Below are positions 61,627 to 64,000 of a stretch of 64,000 nucleotides of DNA, piece after piece. The stretch is from assembly GCA_965205855.1 (NCBI GenBank), contig OZ242184.1:320001-384000 (forward strand), read 5' to 3'. This DNA comes from Thermodesulfobacteriota bacterium. Its GTDB lineage: Bacteria > Desulfobacterota_D > UBA1144 > Nemesobacterales > Mycalebacteriaceae. The notes beneath the pieces are model-generated. The model worked only from the letters and a program-made list of their open reading frames with translations, was not told the origin of the DNA and made no database searches. The first letter of the stretch is position 1, and every line of letters begins with the position of its first letter. The position numbers and the translations under genes were made by a program.

Positions 61627-62154
61627 TTAAGGTTTCCGGGAAAGGACGCCGAGCGCCGATCTCCTTATCATATCAAGAGCCCTGGATACCGACTGATTTC
61701 TTATACCGGAACGTTTTCCTTTGAGCTCGCACTTGACACAAACCGCATTGTCCTCGGCTTTGCGGCTGCTCACGGCAATGTAAACAGTTCCGACCGGCTT
61801 TTCAAACGACCCTCCGCCGGGTCCCGCTATTCCCGTTATGCTGACCCCGATGTCTGCGTCGAAGCGCTTTTTTGCGGCGTTTGCCATTGCTATTGCGACC
61901 TCTTTGCTCACTGCGCCGTTTTTTTCAATCACCGACGCCGGCACGCCAAGGATTGCGGTTTTTGATTCATTTGAGTAAGTAACCGCGCCGCCGTGGAAAT
62001 AATCCGAACTTCCGGCAACCCCGGTAAGCGCAGAGGCGAGCATTCCTCCCGTGCAGGATTCCGCCGCCGCGACCGTGAGGTTTTTTTCTCGTAAAGCTGC
62101 GGCAACTGTTTCGGCAAGACACGCTCCTTCGCTACTTTTCAACTTATCAGCCAA
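61627..62154 (-). CDS. cinA: CinA C-terminal / NMN amidohydrolase PncC
   Basis: [28 protein letters not shown]...KPVG. Confidence 0.9.
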   Translation of the reverse strand: MADKLKSSEGACLAETVAAALREKNLTVAAAESCTGGMLASALTGVAGSSDYFHGGAVTYSNESKTAILGVPASVIEKNGAVSKEVAIAMANAAKKRFDADIGVSITGIAGPGGGSFEKPVGTVYIAVSSRKAEDNAVCVKCELKGKRSGIRNQSVSRALDMIRRSALGVLSRKP

Positions 62155-62617
62155 ATCCCGCGATCTCCAAAGCCCTCACCGCGGCTATGCACAGCCCGGC
62201 AAGTAAACCAGCATATACATCGTCCAGCACGATGCCCCAGCCCCCGGAAAGATTTTCAATCCGGCGGGAAGGGGGGATTTTCATTATGTCGAAAAGCCTG
62301 AAGAGAACAAATCCCGCAATAACTTCACGTGCCTGCCCCGAAGAAAAAAGCATTGCGGTGAAAAACCCCGCCGCCTCGTCCATGACTATTTTTTGCGGGT
62401 CTTTTTCTCCGAAAGCCCGCGCCGCTCCGTTGCAGATAAAAACGGACGCGCCCGTGAAAATTACGCAGAAAAGCGCAAACTCGAAAGACCCGAAACTGGC
62501 GAGGAAAAAGACGTAAAACAGTGCCGCTCCCGCCGTGCCGAAGGTTCCCGGAGCAAAAGGGACATATCCAAGCCCGAAAAGCGAGGATAAGATTTTTTTC
62601 GCCCGTCCCCTGTTCAG
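62147..62617 (-). CDS. pgpA: Phosphatidylglycerophosphatase A (apparent CTG start)
   Basis: The frame of ORF 62147-62383 stays open upstream: [14 protein letters not shown]...[10 protein letters not shown]...FRLFDI.K...GGWGIVLDD. Confidence 0.9.
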   Translation of the reverse strand: MNRGRAKKILSSLFGLGYVPFAPGTFGTAGAALFYVFFLASFGSFEFALFCVIFTGASVFICNGAARAFGEKDPQKIVMDEAAGFFTAMLFSSGQAREVIAGFVLFRLFDIMKIPPSRRIENLSGGWGIVLDDVYAGLLAGLCIAAVRALEIAGFG

Positions 62618-63141
62618 TTTGCGTCTCCCGACTCAATTTCCAGAAGTATCTTTTTCATCTCAACTCCGCCCCCTCCGCTGTATCCGCCCAGCCCTTTGTT
62701 TCCGACAACCCTGTGGCACGGAATAAGTATCGGAAAAACATTTGCCGCAAGCGCCTGAGCAACCGCTCTGCGGTGGTTTTTACCGCCGACTTTCGCGGCT
62801 ACGGCGGAATAAGTCGCCGTCTTTCCGTAAGGGATTTTTGATATCTCCTTCCAGACATTCATGCGGAACTCGGACGCTTCCGGAAAGACAAGGGAGGTGC
62901 CCGCGTGTCTGCCGTTTCCCTCAACCGCGGACAAAACACTTGAAAGCCCGGAATTAAGGTGTCCCAGAACTTCGGGCGGAATTTTCCGCGTGTTTGAGTC
63001 CGCGAGGGGTTTCTTTCCAAGCCCGACCGATATGTGGCATAATCCTTCTTTGCTCGCGTGCACGGTTATAAAAAACCCCTGTTTGACTTCAACTGTTTTG
63101 GAGAAAATCGACCGCCGTGTCATTTGAGAAAACCGCTCCAT
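62614..63141 (-). CDS. ogt: Methylated-DNA-protein-cysteine methyltransferase
   Basis: IPYG.T.TY, RAV, IPCHRV active-site motif, LGGY.GG. Confidence 0.92.
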   Translation of the reverse strand: MERFSQMTRRSIFSKTVEVKQGFFITVHASKEGLCHISVGLGKKPLADSNTRKIPPEVLGHLNSGLSSVLSAVEGNGRHAGTSLVFPEASEFRMNVWKEISKIPYGKTATYSAVAAKVGGKNHRRAVAQALAANVFPILIPCHRVVGNKGLGGYSGGGGVEMKKILLEIESGDAN

Positions 63142-63249
63142 AAGACTATAATTGCATAATACTCATTGCAAGACTCGTCCCGATTTTTCTGAATTGAAAA
63201 GTTTTTGTTACATTCACAATCTACGCCGGAGCTCCGGGGAAAAAGACAA

Positions 63250-64000
63250 ATGGCAAAGATAGTAGCGGTTGTGAACCAAAAAGGCGGAGTGGGAAAAACA
63301 ACAACCGCCGTGAACCTTTCCGCAAGCCTCGCATTGCTCGGAAAAAAAACCCTTCTTGTGGATTTTGACCCCCAGGGCAACTCTTCAAGCGGCGTGGGCG
63401 TTGATAAAAACGGCGAGGTGGCAACGGTTTACGATGTTCTTGTCGGCAGGATGCCACTTGTCGGTTCGATTCTTGATGTCTATCCGGATTTTTTCGATGG
63501 CAGGTTTGACATTCTACCTTCGAATTCGAACCTGACCGGTGCGGAGGTTGAGTTTCTCGGCCTTGAGGAAAGGGAAACCATACTGAAAAAATCGCTCATG
63601 CGTATTGCGCACCGGTATGCGTATATCATCATAGACTGCCCTCCTTCCCTTAACATTCTTTCGATAAACGCACTTGCCGCGGCGGACTCGGTGATAATTC
63701 CCATACAGTGCGAGTACTATGCACTTGAGGGGCTTGTAAACATAAAAAAAACCGTGTCTTTGATACAAAAGCGCATTAACCCGTCTTTGTGTGTCGAGGG
63801 GTATCTTTTGACCATGTTTGACACAAGAAACAATATCTGCCACTCTGTCGTCCGTGAGACAAGAAACCATTTCGGGGATGACACTTTCAGCACTTTGATA
63901 TCCAGAACAGTCCGTCTCGCGGAGTGCCCGAGCCATGGCAAACCGCTGGTGATATATGACAAAAATTCTCAGGGAGCACGGGATTATATATCTCTTGCGG
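63250..64000 (+). CDS. parA: ParA/Soj chromosome partitioning ATPase (runs off the window end)
   Basis: ATG 63250: MAKIVAVVNQKGGVGKTTT, DFDPQGN, IDCPPSL, QCEYYALEG, TMFD, RLAECPSHG. Not in the supplied ORF track because no stop lies in the window. Confidence 0.95.
   Translation, partial: MAKIVAVVNQKGGVGKTTTAVNLSASLALLGKKTLLVDFDPQGNSSSGVGVDKNGEVATVYDVLVGRMPLVGSILDVYPDFFDGRFDILPSNSNLTGAEVEFLGLEERETILKKSLMRIAHRYAYIIIDCPPSLNILSINALAAADSVIIPIQCEYYALEGLVNIKKTVSLIQKRINPSLCVEGYLLTMFDTRNNICHSVVRETRNHFGDDTFSTLISRTVRLAECPSHGKPLVIYDKNSQGARDYISLA

Noticed and set aside
62325-62636. 103-aa ORF suggesting a pgpA frameshift
   Set aside because: The PgpA sequence is continuous in the other frame; a CTG start explains it.

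Overview
A 64-kb, gene-dense bacterial chromosome segment of moderate GC. It is mostly housekeeping genes: dapF, prfA, zapA-ygfA-rny, glyQS, pilB/pilC, purKE, an A2-type caa3 cytochrome oxidase operon, argG, rluD, birA, tRNA-CAU, RNase HI, rnpB, mqnD/mqnA, hisAF, meaB/mce, trxB, gyrB, proS, ispG, tsaB, recA, cinA, pgpA, ogt and parA. The gene set and order suggest a deltaproteobacteria-like lineage, possibly Dadabacteria (inference only). There are four accessory patches. (1) AT-rich decayed genes at 1-420. (2) An AT-rich defence islet at 19.3-22.8 kb with a wH-HNH nuclease, an MTase plus restriction-like gene and a RES-Xre TA pair. (3) A 30.3-34.9 kb patch with a structured RNA leader, a DUF2085 gene, a glycosylase carrying a REP-like palindrome and a lipoprotein S8 protease. 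(4) An Mrr-nuclease/SF2-helicase gene right after gyrB that ends in about 2.8 near-identical 198-bp repeats whose internal differences are all amino-acid changing. The last is the best candidate for an undescribed system: a methyltransferase-less nuclease-helicase with a modular, diversifying repeat sensor. Other oddities are a DapF with both catalytic Cys replaced by Ser, a DUF62 His-to-Asp variant, and apparent CTG and ATA start codons. No CRISPR array, rRNA, transposase or integrase was seen.
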